Made by a program: the position numbers and the translations under genes. A stretch of 64,000 nt of DNA, from contig NC_043012.1 of NCBI RefSeq assembly GCF_006345805.1, forward strand, positions 56,048,001-56,112,000. Reading direction: 5' to 3'. The DNA comes from Octopus sinensis. Taxonomy: Eukaryota. Positions 12,951 through 26,686 of this stretch are shown in pieces (within the stretch, counting starts at the first letter, position 1; each line of letters starts with the position of its first letter). The notes below the pieces were generated by a model, which worked only from the letters and a program-made list of their open reading frames with translations, made no database searches and was not told where the DNA came from.

Positions 12951-13210
12951 CAGCGATTCTCTACCACGTTTTTGCCCATGTACTCCCTTTGATTCCTATT
13001 TTACTCAGATGGACCTCCATAACCATTCAATGGTTAAAAAAGATCCTATTTTATTTTTATAATTAAATATTATTAGGAATTGTATAAAAAAGAGAGTCAA
13101 ACTATTTTGTGCATTGTAGAAATGTAACCAGTTTATTGCACATAAATTTTACCAACAAAACCTTATATGGAGCCCCCAAGGGTTATGTAGACCCTGATTG
13201 AGAACAGTCT
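12951..13210 (+). mobile_element. hAT-like MITE (CAGTGGTTCTCAACC-type TIR, degenerate)
   Basis: Ends CAGCGATTCTCTACC ... GATTGAGAACAGT. The body recurs at 31040-31225 and 45310-45390, and in a split copy 47841-48627 ending GGTTGAGAACCACTG. Confidence 0.6.
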
Positions 13211-13628
13211 TGTGGTATTTGTTCCAGCTATCAGTACTGAGATCAAATGTTACCAAGGTCAATTTTTCTTTTTACCCCTTCAAGATTAATTAACTACCAG
13301 TCCAGAACAGTGGACCAGTTAAGAGCAAAGTTGATGTAATCTACTACTACTCTCTCCCTCCTTCTCTCTTTCTCACACACAAGTTTGTAGCTTTGTCCAT
13401 ACTAGAAAAAAATAACTACTATATATACTCACGAATAGGTCACACTTTTTTCTACCAAAAATTTTGATAAAAATCAGGGTTGTGACCTATCCACCCAACA
13501 TCAGAGAGATCTGAAGTAGACAGTGGTGTATCAACAGCTGATTTATCAAATATACTACTTTCATATAGTCACTTCCACAAAAAAATGTTTTAATATTTGT
13601 AAGCAAGGTTTTGAAAGAAAAGTAAATA

Positions 13629-13776
13629 GGTGCAGGAGTGGCTGTGTGGTAAATAGCTTGCTTACCAACCATATGGTTCTGGGTTCAGTCCTTGGGAAAG
13701 TGTCTTCTACTATAACCTCGGGCCAACCAAAGCCTTGTGAGTAGATATGGTAGATGGAAACTGAAAGGAGCCCGTC

Positions 13777-13816
<40 letters not shown>

Positions 13817-13997
13817 TTGTGTTTGTCTCCCCCAACATCGATTGACAATTGATGCCAGTGTGTTTACGTCCTCCGTAGTTTAGCGGTTCGGCAAAAAAGA
13901 CCAATAGAATAAGTACTAGGCTTACAAAGAATAAGTCCTAGGGTAGATTTGCTCGACTCAAAGGTGGTGCTCCAGCATGACTGCAGCCAAATGACTG
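13629..13997 (+). mobile_element. SINE family A (tRNA-derived head, CORE-like block, internal (GT)n), full-length
   Basis: A-box-like GTGGCTGTGTGG, B-box-like GGTTCAGTCC, CTTGGGAAAGTGTCTTCTACTAT block, tail GGTGCTCCAGCATG. Over 25 similar copies in the window, e.g. 4177-4450(+), 9150-9468(-), 19040-19385(-), 20930-21300(+), 23660-24210, 26690-26850(-), 30868-31020(+), 40768-40910(-), 46100-46340(-), 49455-49790(+), 58788-58920(-), 62735-63110(+). Confidence 0.85.
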
Positions 13998-14045
13998 TTT
14001 GTGTGTCAAGCGACACACAAACATATACACACATATACATATATA

Positions 14046-14209
14046 TGACAAGCTTCTTTCAGTTTCCGTCTACCAAATCCACTCACAAGGTTTTGGTCGA
14101 CCCGAGGCTATAGTAGAAGACACTTGCCCAAGGTGCCATGCAGTGGGAATGAATCCAGAACCATATGGTTGGTAGGCAAGCTACTTACCACACAGCTACT
14201 CCTGCACCT
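14046..14209 (-). mobile_element. SINE family A, head and core, inverted relative to 13629-13997
   Basis: Reverse complement aligns by eye along its whole length with 13629-13775. Confidence 0.85.
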
Positions 14210-15316
14210 ATATGTAAAGTAATTACTTTATTTTTATAATTTAAAAAAAAAATAAATGCACGCTCTCTGCAGGGCTTGTGAAAAGGACTCCATCCTCTTG
14301 GCACTGAAACCCTAACTGAGGCCCTGTCTCCAAAGGGTTAAGAGACGTAGATTCATGTGCCACAGCCACCCTTCAACTTTTCTATCCAAAAGGTTTTTTT
14401 TAACTCATTATTTACCAGCTGTTATTTAAGAGCATTTACACACTTCAAGGTCCAGTTCCAAAGAAGAAATATTTATATGTAACACACATGCATGCTATGA
14501 ATAATTGCAAATTTCCTTTCCCAGACCAATATTAGAACAAACGAGTTGCTGACATCTTACAGATAATTTCACACACAAAGAGAAGTTGCATAGGTTCAAC
14601 TGACATTTTAAAGCTATTTTCCAAAGAAGAAGAAAAAATAAAAATAGTACGAAAGCTAAAAAAACGTCTTTTCTTTAGTAAACTACTTTGAACTCCTATA
14701 CAAAAGTGTTAAAGGCATTTCAACCTAACTTTCTCATCTGTTGCTCCGTTGTTATATAGAAAATAGAAATAGAGTCGATGAAGGCTACTACAGACTAGGA
14801 TAAAATGACAATGATTTGGTGATGTTCTGGTTTCAAATCCTGCCCAAGACAATTTTGTGTAATAATAAAATAATAATAACAAAAAAAAAAATTGGAATCA
14901 TTTTTAAAACAATCAGTGTGGGGACTATATTTGCCACAATTTTGGTTCAATCCCACTGCTGAAATTTATAATCAACTCGGGTGAAAAAAATTTAAAGAAT
15001 TATTATTACTATTATTATTATTATTATTATTAAAAAAATAAATGTTCCTCCTCGAGCCATGCCAGGCTCAAAAGGGCTGGTTTCCCAGTTTCAGTGGCGT
15101 AGAAATTTCCCACCTGGACAGGACACCAGTCCGTTGCAGGATTAATCATTTTTGCCAGCTGAGTGGACTGGAGCAACGTGAAATGAAATGTTTTTGCTCA
15201 AGAACACAACGCATTGCCAGGTCCAGGAATAAAAACCACAACCTTACAATCATGACTTCAACACCCTAACCACTAAGCCACATGCCTCTATTATTATTAT
15301 AATTATTATAAATGAC

Positions 15317-15868
15317 CAGCGACCGAGACCTTTGGAATATGCTGTACGTGAGAAGACCAGGCAGGACAAGTGACCCAGCCCACTTATGAATGCCTTTCCT
15401 CCCTTGGACACCAAGACCTGTTGAGGCAAGCGAAGTCAATATAGAACCTCATCCGACGACAGGCACCTATGCCAACCCCCTTTGCTTGCGAAGACATGTT
15501 GGGGCAAGCGAAAGCGAAATCGAAATCGAATTGAACCAGCCAGGATCCCTGGTCTGGTGGTACGTAAAAAGCACTATCCGACTCGTGGCCGATGCCAGTG
15601 CCACCTCGACTGGCTTCCGTGCTGGTGGCACATAAAATACACCAATTCGACCCTGGCCGTTGCCAGCCTCGCCTGGCACCTGTGCAGGTGGCACGTAAAA
15701 AGCACCCACTACACTCACGGAGTGGTTGGCGTTAGGAAGGGCATCCAGCTGTAGAAACATTGCCAGATAAGACTGGAGCCTGGTGCAGCCTTCTGGCTTC
15801 CCAGATCCCCGGTCGAACCGTCCAACCCATGCTAGCATGGAGAACGGACGTTAAACGATGATGATGAT
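15317..15868 (+). mobile_element. SINE family C, long copy
   Basis: Has the AAGACCTGTTGAGGCAAG head region, repeated GGTGGCACGTAAAAAGCAC subunits, GTTAGGAAGGGCATCCAGCTGTAG and the ...GGACGTTAAACGATGATGATGA tail. Other family C or related copies: ~6146-6330(-), 17560-17840(+), 19810-20000(-), 33640-33903(+), 42005-42203(+), 49125-49300(-), 54230-54418(+), 58220-58490(-), 60860-61170(-), 63125-63245(-). Confidence 0.85.
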
Positions 15869-16189
15869 GAATTAGACTGACACACAACAGGATCAGGAAA
15901 ATACAAAGCAATTACGAGGGTCAATTTAATCAACTACCCACCTCTTTCAAATTTGTAGTTTTGTGTCTACATTAAAAACCATAATCATTATTATTATCAT
16001 TATTATTATTATTAAGGTGGTGAGCTGGCAGAATCATTAGCACGCCTGGCACAATGCTTAGTAGCATTATGCCTGCCTTTATATTCTGAGTTCAAATGCT
16101 ACCTAGGTTGGCTCCTTTAAGGGTCAATAAAGTAAAACACCAGTCAAATATAAACAACTGTTCTTATCACTACTAATTTCTGCTCTAAT

Positions 16190-16997
16190 GCCTATGCAAG
16201 AAATCAATACTGCCATCTGTGGAGTGGTCATGATTGATAAGTGTAAAAGGAGTAGGTAAGAATTCCATAAAGTGTACCCTGGGTAGGCTATGGGTACACA
16301 AGAGATGTAGTGGATCATAGGAAGGCAGAAAGAGAAGTACTTCATATGCAGCAGATGCTATACATTAGGGATAATTATCAAGAAGAGTACTCAGGAAATA
16401 AATTCTTTCAAGTGCTCCAAAGGCTTCTTAGAAGAAGCTGATAGCTTATGTTATCAATGTGACCTTAGGAGAGCTGTGTGTTCTAAAACACAGCAACCAG
16501 CATGAGAATGGAGCAGAAAACAAGTTCAGGGAGCTATTGCCTCTATTAGCAACAAAGGGACTCCCCCAATGTATGAAGGGCAGATTGTATGATGCTTATG
16601 TATGAAGTCTAATGAAGCAGCGGGCATGAAGGATGTGTGAATACAGAAAAGAAATGAAGCAAGTATGATCCACTGGTTGTGTAATATTAGTGCATGAGTG
16701 TGAACAGAGCACAATAGTTGATAGATAAAATGGAAGATAAAAGGAAAGAAGAACGCACTGGTGTTGACATGTTTTGCACATGAATGGAGGGAATTGGGCA
16801 AAGAAGAGCAAAGCAATTAAATTGGAAAGAAAAGGAACCTGCAGAAGGGAAGGAACAACAAATACATGTGGGGGTGAACCTCAAGAATCTGAATATCAGG
16901 AAGATAATTACAAAAGGAGACAGCAACAAGTGACTGTGGTGCAGTAGACCTGTCCAACCCATGCAAGCATGGCGAGATGGATGCAGAAATGATGATG
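16190..16997 (+). mobile_element. Degenerate 3' portion of RTE-clade LINE
   Basis: Fragments NSIKCTLGRLWVHKRCSG (16261-16314, Cys/His motif) and KFRELLPLLATKGLPQCMKGRLYDAYV*SLM (RTE C-terminal motif). Ends in TGTCCAACCCATGCAAGCATGG...GATGATG tail. Confidence 0.75.
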
Positions 16998-19900
16998 GCT
17001 ATGACGACACCAACCTCAAAAACGTGTGATGTGGCAGTAAGGAATTGGTGAATGAAGCCATATGACCCATTTCTGTCATTATTTGGAACATCTTAACTGC
17101 ACAAAAGTAGTGGAATGTAAAGGAGGAATAAATAAGATGCCACTCAGGAATTTGATAGGTAAAAGTGATTCAGTATTGAATGTGAAGGGGGGGGGGTGTT
17201 AGTGCATCAAGGGTGGAGTAGCCAGCAAATCAACAGTGTTAGTTGAAAAGTTAAAGAAAGAGAATAAAATACACAGGCAATGAATCTGAGCCTAAGGATC
17301 GTTGTTGATGCTATTGTTTAGCCCCAAACCAGCCATGGTCAGACCTATGACCAAAGATTTATTTTTTTTTTTGTTTTTAGACTGGCACAATAGATAATGT
17401 AATCGTAGACTGTGCTTGAAGATGGGACAATTAAGGCAGGAATGTTATTGATCATGATTGATGCTGAACTTTGTAACTTTCTCTATATTCCACTTGAACA
17501 TTTCCTACCCTCTCTTCTAAAATTACAGCAAAAAACTTGTTCTGCTCAGGCCCCTTCCCTCAAACTTTTAGCCAACTTTTGTCCTTCATATCCAAGCATA
17601 AAGTTGCCCCTTGGGGTTCATAGTCTTGTAAACTGTATGATGGTCTCACTAGTGCTGATAGCATGAAAAAAAAACACGCCGTACACACTGTAAAGTGGTT
17701 GGTTGAAAGGGAATCCACTCATAAAAACCATGCCAAAGCAGACACTGGAGCAGGATGCAGTCCTTCGGCCTAGTGGACCCTGTTAAACTGTTTGATCTAT
17801 GCCAGCAAGGAAACACAGATGTTAAATAATGATGATGAAGACAACACATGAACAATACTATCCTGCCCCAAAAGCTATGAAGGTAAAATAGCTGACCACT
17901 GGTTACAAGTCCAAATTTGTATTGTGCCGCTGTACAGTCCTCCGCCTGACAAAAGAAAAATACAGGCCTTGCTCCTACTCCACGGCTTAGTGGCTTAAGT
18001 CTAAAAACATTTACTGCAAAAATATAATAAGATAGTAAATAATCTATCCTGCCCATGAAACTAAGAATAAAAGGGACATTAACGTAAAACAATAAAGACA
18101 AAAAAATATATAATTCTAAAAAAAACCGGAGTATCAATATTCATCCACATGTAAGATAAATATTTAAATTTTACTGTAACCACAAATTCGTTTGGCAATA
18201 ATCTACAGATTGCATAGATTTGAAATGTAAATATTAAAAAAAAAAAAAATCAATGGAATTGAGAGAATGACATTTTAATCTTTAAATTAGAAAAAAATTT
18301 CAATACTGCTTTGAGAAGTTAAATGTCCTGGAAATCACATATACAAATGCGTGGGTGAGTGTTGAGAGAAGCTGGAGTGTAAAAGCAATCAATACGAGTG
18401 AAACCTCAATTTCAAATAAATGAATGAAAATTGTGTGAATGCGTGTTTTACAAATACACACGTTAAATGCTCTTCAATTAAATAAACGAGAAAAATAAGG
18501 TTTACATTTTCATAAAAAAAGAAACGAGAAAAATAACTTGTAAAATACCAGCGAACACTTCACGAGTTATCTCCCTTCATCCACACGAACCACCAAGTTG
18601 GGAAGTAGACATTCCTCTACCTTGATTAAATAAATCAGATTTTCTTACAAATTCTTGATATTCTCATTAAAAAAAAAATTTTTTTAATCTGATTTTTCTT
18701 TTCTGCTCAAGAATAAATATCTGCAGATCTAATCAAATAAAAGACCGATATATTCAATGATGATATTACAGTCTTATTTCTATCTATATTAATTCTAGGA
18801 CAGCCGTTCCTACACATTTATCTAGCGATAGTTGGACGAGCCAAACAAGGAAATTTAAACAGATGTCTCCATGACGTCACTGGAGATGCAAAGAAATAGC
18901 AACCAAATCTTCCTTGAATCACATCATATCATCTTAAAGTGAGAAGCTCTTTGAGTAAAGCAGCTTTGTGTACGCTATTGACTACCAGATAAAAATGGTT
19001 ACACTTGATTTTTTAATTTTTTTTGTTTTGGTATCTTTAATCATATTTGTTTCAGTCATTTTATTGTGGCCATGCTGGAGCACCATTTTGAAGCGGTTTT
19101 AGTCGAACAAATCTGGTACTTATTTCATCAGTATCTGTTGCTAAACAGCTAGGCTATAGGAACATCAACAGACCAGCAGCGGTTGTTAATCAGTAAGAAA
19201 GAATCAACACACACACACACACACAAACACACAGAGGGGCTTCAACACAGCTTTCATCTATCAAATTCACAAGACATTGATTGGCCCAGGCATATAGTAA
19301 AAGACAGTTGCCCAAGACACTGTATAGTGGGACTGAACCCCAAACCACATGGTTACAAGGCAAGATTCTTAACCACATAGTCATAACCTTAATCTGGTTC
19401 ACTACAACTGCAGCTATGCTGCTTATTATTTTAAGACAACAAAAACAAGCAACTTCAATTTATACTCTACAAACTGTTGTTGTTAAGACAGATCTGCTAA
19501 CATTTATTTTCATTCTTGATGTGGAGAGCTTAAAGCTAAACTCAATCTAATCAATACTAACTATTGTGTTAATTACACAAAATGGCTTTTCCTTTTTTTT
19601 TTCCTTCTGATAGAAATATATAACAATGAGGCACTCGAAGCAGTAACTGAGATCAAATTCTTTATATGATTAACGAAATTACATTATCACAAAGGTAATT
19701 CTTTAAGAGTATTTAACAATGCTGAGCTTTTCAATTTAAGAAGTTACAGCTTCATCATCACCATCATCACTAAATTCATCATCATCATCATCAATATTAT
19801 CCTCATATATCATCATAATTTAACATCCATTTTCCATGCTGGCATGGGCTGGGAAGATTTGACTAGCTGAAGGGCTGTTGAGGTTCCATGTCTGTTTTGG

Positions 19901-22138
19901 CATGGTTTCTACGACTGGATGCCCTTCCTAATACCAACCACTTTACAGAGTATACTGGGTGCTTTTATGCAACACTGGCACAGGTGCTTTTTATGTGGTA
20001 CCAGCACTTACAAGCCTGCAGGATTAGGGATGCTCACCTAGAAAGGGTTGCAAGGTCAATCACGCTTTCACTTAAGCTAAGGCAAAATATGTGCTGGGCT
20101 ACTTACTAACAAGAACAGGAATTCAAATCTTAGTTAAAACCATCAGATAATGATGGTGGTGGTGGGCTCCTTCATGGGCCCAGCCCAAGCAGACCTATAT
20201 GATCAAAGGTGTTCTAATCATGGCCAACTAGTCTTTTTATCAGTAGAGTGTATCGACGACTACATTATATAGCACGTTTCCCCTTTCAAAAATGATAGAA
20301 TATGATTAGGAGGAAGATCTTACTGCTATTTCTGGCAGGTCAACAATTGCATAAAAGCTCCATTAGCTTCTAAAACTGCCAGAATAAACTTCAATAGTGT
20401 TAAGGGCTATAGTTTCAAAACCAGCATGACACATCCCCTGCCAAGGTACATAACTCTTTTTTTTTCTTTTTAAAAAGGTAAGTTGGAAAACACAATAGCA
20501 CTGACAAAAAACATCCACGTTAGAAACATTTCTTGCTCAGGGTATACAAAGTTTAAATGTCTATAAAACAACTCTATCCATGTCAACATAGACAAATGAG
20601 TGTAAAACAGTTTAAAACAAAACACTAAGCAAAGCTAAAGAATACATTTTAATATCTACACTATATTTTGTTGAGGAAAGCAAAGAAGACCAGAATATGT
20701 CTGGAATTGTTCCCATACTGTTTAAGATTAGACTCACTTCAGAAAGAAGTGTTTTATATTAAATGTTAATTAACATTTCGAGGTTGTCTCCCTTGCTCTC
20801 TATTATTTTTTTTTTTATCAGAATTCGTCATAAAATGATTTTTCCCATCAGTATGGTTGTAATTTCAATTTCAGTTTCTAGGGGCTTACTACATCAAATA
20901 TTCTCGCGTTGCTTCACAAAGTTTTCAAAGGTAGAGATGTGGCTGTGTAGTCAGAAGTTAGCTTCCCAAGAACACAGTTCCAGGTTCGGTCCCACAGCGT
21001 GGCACCTTGGGCAAGTGTCTTCAATTATAGCCTCAGGCCAACTAAAGACTTGTGAGTGGATTTAGTGGACAGAAACAGAAAAGAAGCCCGTTGTGTGTGT
21101 GTGTGCACGCGTGTGCGCAGTTCCCCCATCACCACTTGACAAATGGTGCTGGTTTGTTTACATCCCCCTAACTTAATGGTTCACCAAAATAACCAGACAA
21201 AATAAGTACTAGGCTTTAAAAAAAGTACAGGGGTTAATTCAACTAAAGACTCTTCAAGGCAGTGCCCCAGCATAGCCACAGTCGAATGACAAACAAACAA
21301 ACAAACAAACAATAAAAGATACAGCAAGAATTCTTGCATGTTTCCTGCCACCTTCCCCAAGTCATTCTCTTAAAAGAATCTCAGAACAACAGAGGGACTT
21401 AATATACAACAATTTTTAAAAATCACCAGAATTTTTTGTTAACAGCAATTGGCAATAAGAGCACCAACAATAAAACGAAACAGAATCTTTAACCCACCTG
21501 AAAACACCTTTGGTTCTATGATACAAACGTCCTGTTTTACAAGTTTGATAAGATTTAATTTAGATCACTTTATGTTAATTAATGTTCCAAACACCAGATT
21601 AATTAACTGACAAATTAATTGAAACAAAGAACAGTGCTTAAACTTGAAATGGCAGTTCTGATCAACGGAACAGTCTGCTTACGAAATTAACATGCAAATG
21701 GCTAAGCACTCCACATATGTGCATACCCTTAATTCTCAAGGAGATTCAGCACAACACAGAATGTGACAAGGCTGACCCATGGCAGTACAAGTACAGCTTG
21801 CATTTGAAGTTGTACTTGGAGTGAACTGGAGCAACATGAAATAAGTATCTTGCTCAAGGACACAAAAGACACAACATGCCACATGGAATCAAACTCACAA
21901 CCCTACTCTTAACCACTAAGCCACAAGCCTTCACAAAGGCAGCATATTTCATGAGAAATATGGTTAACAAAAAAGGGAAAAAAGCATCTGAATTTGAACA
22001 GACAGAAAAGTATACATATTCTTGAAGAGGTCAATCCTTTCAGCCTTCAAGCACTTTTAATATGATAGACTAATAGATCAATCCAATTGTTCTCCAAAAG
22101 TTGATGATATAGACAGTAGACGGATAATGACATCATTA

Positions 22139-22209
<71 letters not shown>

Positions 22210-22859
22210 AGCTTCATCAATTATATTACTCATTTAGTAATTAACAGTCTTAATATTAGAGTTACAGGTATTACTCTCACATACTAATTACATAAATCCT
22301 CTACTTTTTACCTAATTACTCAAATAACAGCTGGCTATGGTGAACAAAAATTTAGTCAAATATAATAACTTCTGGTTAACCATTATGCCATATTCGAGAC
22401 TGATTTCCCTGTGAACCAGTGACACCTTATACAAAAGGGGGAGAATGTTATTCTATCACAATCAACCCCAAATGTTATTTTTTTACCATCTAGAAGGGAG
22501 GGGCATCTCCCATAATCCTTAATTTTTTTAAGGGCCTCCAAAGACTAGTAGGAAGACTAGAGAAATATACACATAGCTCCAGTTTGAAGGCAGCCAGGGT
22601 CCACCTGCTTGGATACCAGAGGATTTGGTGTCCCCATCTCCAACAGTTTTATGAACTCAAGTGCAGAATTAAGGGTGCAACCTAAATACATAGTGAAACA
22701 GTAGCAGTATATCTGAACTCAAAACGTTCAAACTGGTGGTAGGCCAATATTGTATAGTGATCAGTAACAGTTGGTCTGCAGCTCACTAATACTCTCACAC
22801 TGATCGATGGCCTGTGCATGCAATTAGTAGACCGAAACTATTCAGAAACCCATCGTGTT

Positions 22860-22900
<41 letters not shown>

Positions 22901-22960
22901 ACATGTGTGCATGCAAGTGTGTGTGTGTGTGTGCACATGTGTGCATGCAAGTGTGCATGC

Positions 22961-22993
<33 letters not shown>

Positions 22994-23310
22994 TGTGTGC
23001 ATGCGAGTGTGTGTGATTGTGTGCATGTGAGTGTGTGTGTGTGTGTGTGTCATTGTGTGAGTGAGTGTATATGTGAGTGAGTGTGTGAGTGAGTGTATAT
23101 GTGCATATGTGAGTGAGTGAGTGTATGTGTGCATATGTGAGTGAGTGAGTGTATGTGTGCATATGTGAGTGAGTGAGTGTATGTGTGCATATGTGAGTGA
23201 GTGAGTGTATGTGTGCATATGTGAGTGAGTGAGTGAGTGTATGTGTGCATATGTGCATATGTGAGTGCATGTGAGTGATTGTGGGTGTGTGTGCATATGT
23301 ATGTATATAT
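22860..23310 (+). repeat. (GT)n microsatellite grading into a 28 bp minisatellite
   Basis: Unit GTGCATATGTGAGTGAGTGAGTGTATGT repeated ~23085-23260. Confidence 0.95.
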
Positions 23311-25431
23311 ATGCTCACACCTGTTTACTTTCAGCATATTTTTGTGTGACACTGAGCAACAGATGGCCAACTATTGGAACAGAAAATGCCTAACCAGTAA
23401 AACAGGTAAATGTTGATGACAGGGAAGGTACCTAACCACAGAACATTGCTTCAAATTCTCATTTAACCCATATCCCATCGAGAAAAATACATGGCAGGGG
23501 GTGGTGAGCAAAAACATTACGAGATGGTTAAAAACTGAAAGCTCCATTTTTGCTTTCTTCCCTGTTCTAGAAATAGACACAAAAATTCCCATACTATTAC
23601 AATATTATAGTATTAAAAAGATTATTTCAGAAGTTTGTTTTCTTTTGCTTCTCAAATAAGGCTGAGTGGTTAAGAAGCTGGCTTATCAACAACATGGTTT
23701 CAGGTTCAGTCCCACCATGTGCCACCTTAGAAAAGGTGTCTTCTATAGCACTAGGCAAATTAATTATCTGTGAGTGAATTCGGTAGACAGAAATTGCATG
23801 GAAGCTTGTCATATTCTTTACCTTTTATTTCTTTTACATGTTCCAGTCATTAGACAGTGACCATGCTGGAGCACCAACTTGAATTTTAGTTGAACAAATC
23901 AACCCAAGTACTTGATTTTTTCTTTTTTATAAAACCTGATCCTTATTCTATCAGTCTCTTTTGCCAAACTAAGTTACAGGGATGTAAACTCACCAACACT
24001 GGTTGTTGAGCAGGTAAGGAGGACAAACACAGGCACAAAGGCACATGCATGCACACACACACACAATAAATATATACACACACAATGGGCTTCTTTCAGT
24101 TTCCATCTACTAAAACCACTCGCAAGGCTTTGATCGGCCAGAGGCTATAACAGAAGACATTTGCCCGTGGTGTCGCACAGTAAGACTGAAAGCAGAACCA
24201 TGGGGTTGAGGAAGTACCAGATTAAAAAAATAAAACCAAAAACAAGAAAAAAACATAAGTACTGGAATAAATTTTTTCAACTAAAACCCTTCAAAGATGT
24301 GTTCCAGCATGGCCACAGTCCACTGAATGAAACAAGATAGTAAATATTTCAAGAACACACACATACATTTCCATAACAAACTAAAGTGTAGCTTCCATTA
24401 CAAAATGACATATGAGAAAATAATATCAAGTGAGTATATAAGAACATTTTCATCACCTTCGTAACCTCTTGAGTCCACTATACCACTGTCTGGCATTTTA
24501 TTATACTGAAACTGGAAGGATTTGAACTTAGAACATAAAGGGACAATATTCTATATTGTAATGCACTTAACTTGGCACTTGACATTTTGTTCTATATTTT
24601 CTCATAACGCTTGTTTCCACCCCCACCTTTTTTTTTTGTTTTGTTTTGTTCTGTTCGTTATTAAAAGGTTACAAGGATTTCTAGAGCCGCAAGTAGATGA
24701 GACATAGATCTTAACTTTGGAAGAGGAAACGAGACTGAATTATTGCAAATAGCTTTTACTACAAGGGGAATTGAAACCAGCTCAGCAAGGTAATGCACTA
24801 ATGCTACTACCACCTGCTGTAGTCAATGTCAGTTTCACTTTATTTTATAATTTATTAGTTTTCATACTAACATGTATGCTTTTCTTCAATATACACTAAC
24901 ACATACATGCACACACACACACACAGTGTGTAGTAGTTGTCAATGTAATCAACCTCAGTACACAACTGGTACCTACTTTATCTACCCCGAAAGGATGAAA
25001 GGCAAAATCGACCTCAGTGGAATTTGAACTCACAACGTAGCAACGGGCAAAATACTGCTAAGCATTTCGTCCAGTGTGCTAATGATTCTGCTAGCTTGCC
25101 ACCTTAATAATGATAGTAATGGTTTCAAACTTTTGCACAGAGCCAGCAGTTTTGAGGGGAGGGAGAATTTAATTACATTGAACCGAGTACTTGACTGGAA
25201 CTTATTTTTATCAATGATGAAAGAATGAAAAGCTATGTCAACCCCAATGAAATTTCAACTCAGAAATGCCATCAGTCTTCAGCCTTTTCAATCTGGTCCA
25301 CCACACAACCTCTTTCGCTAAGATTACCAGACAAACACTGCCTGACCTTCCTTCCCAACAAAAAAAGGAAGGAAGCAGGATAATCTTCACAATGGATTCA
25401 GCCAACAGCCGGATCTGTCCTACATGTGATG

Positions 25432-25470
<39 letters not shown>

Positions 25471-26633
25471 GATATTCAGATTGTAAAATATATTCCAAGC
25501 TATACATGAAAGCTGACACTCAAATCATAGCAGCTGTTTTCATTAAAAAAAGAAGTTACTGGAATACAAGAAACATATTCAACCACTAAACAGTAGTACC
25601 ATAACACATACAATTGAAATATTTGTATAAAAAGGCAGGTGATAGCCAGCATCGGTAGAAAAACAGACAAAATATTCCGAAGGTAAGTTATGGGCAGAAT
25701 CAATAGTGCAACAGACATAACGCTTCCAAGTACCAGAGTAGCATTCCTTTACATCCCAAGCTCAAATCCTGCTGAGATCAATGTTGCCATCACCCTCCCA
25801 GGATTGATAAATACAAATATTTCTTGCATTACAGAAGACTTGGATTTTAGACAAATTTTGCTGTGATGTGAAATTCCATAACACACAAGTTATTTTCCCC
25901 TCAACCTTCATGTCACAGTCAATGAACATGGACATCATTAAGGAAACACATTTCAAGTCATGCAATTCCATGTTACGGCAAAGTTTTCAGGACTGCAATG
26001 CTTCCTTAATATGAGGGTGTCAAGCAGTGTGATTGAACCTGAAGCTTTACGGTTGGGAAGAGGCAAACTTCTTAACCACAGAGCCATGAATATGTAATCT
26101 GGGGTGCACTAAATAAGGAGAAAAAAAAAGTAAAAGAAAGGGAGTGTTAGCTTGCCAAATCTGTAATTCCTTTCATCATGGATCTGCTTAAGCTGGTTTG
26201 ACCCAGGGTTGAACAACAAATACATATTTTACTGACCCTGCTGATATGAAAACCAAAGTTTTTTTTTCTAAGATTTGAAACAAGAAACTAGTTACTCATT
26301 TGAAGGTGATGAACCACTTTGCTCACCCAGAGCTTCTTACTAAATACATACATGTATGCACGTACACACACGATCATCATCACTATTGAACATCCTCTTT
26401 TCCATGCTTGCATAGCTTAACAGAATTTATCGAGACCGATTTTCTGCAACTAGATACCCTTCCTGTTGTCAATGCTCACGTATTTCCAAGCAGGGTAATT
26501 TTACCCGCCATGGATGACTGGAACTGAACAACACCACTTGTATGACCATGATGCTCATTTACAATCATCACATGGTGTCAAAACAAAGGTGCATAACAAC
26601 ATGCAGACACACACAAATAATAATATATATGTG

Positions 26634-26686
<53 letters not shown>

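Noticed and set aside
13629-13700. tRNA-like A/B boxes (here and in other SINE heads)
   Set aside because: They continue directly into SINE bodies and do not form a complete cloverleaf, so they are not tRNA genes.
18872-18879. Perfect CRE (TGACGTCA) within a small inverted repeat
   Set aside because: It lies at the start of a family G repeat copy and an 8-mer is expected by chance; not supportable alone.
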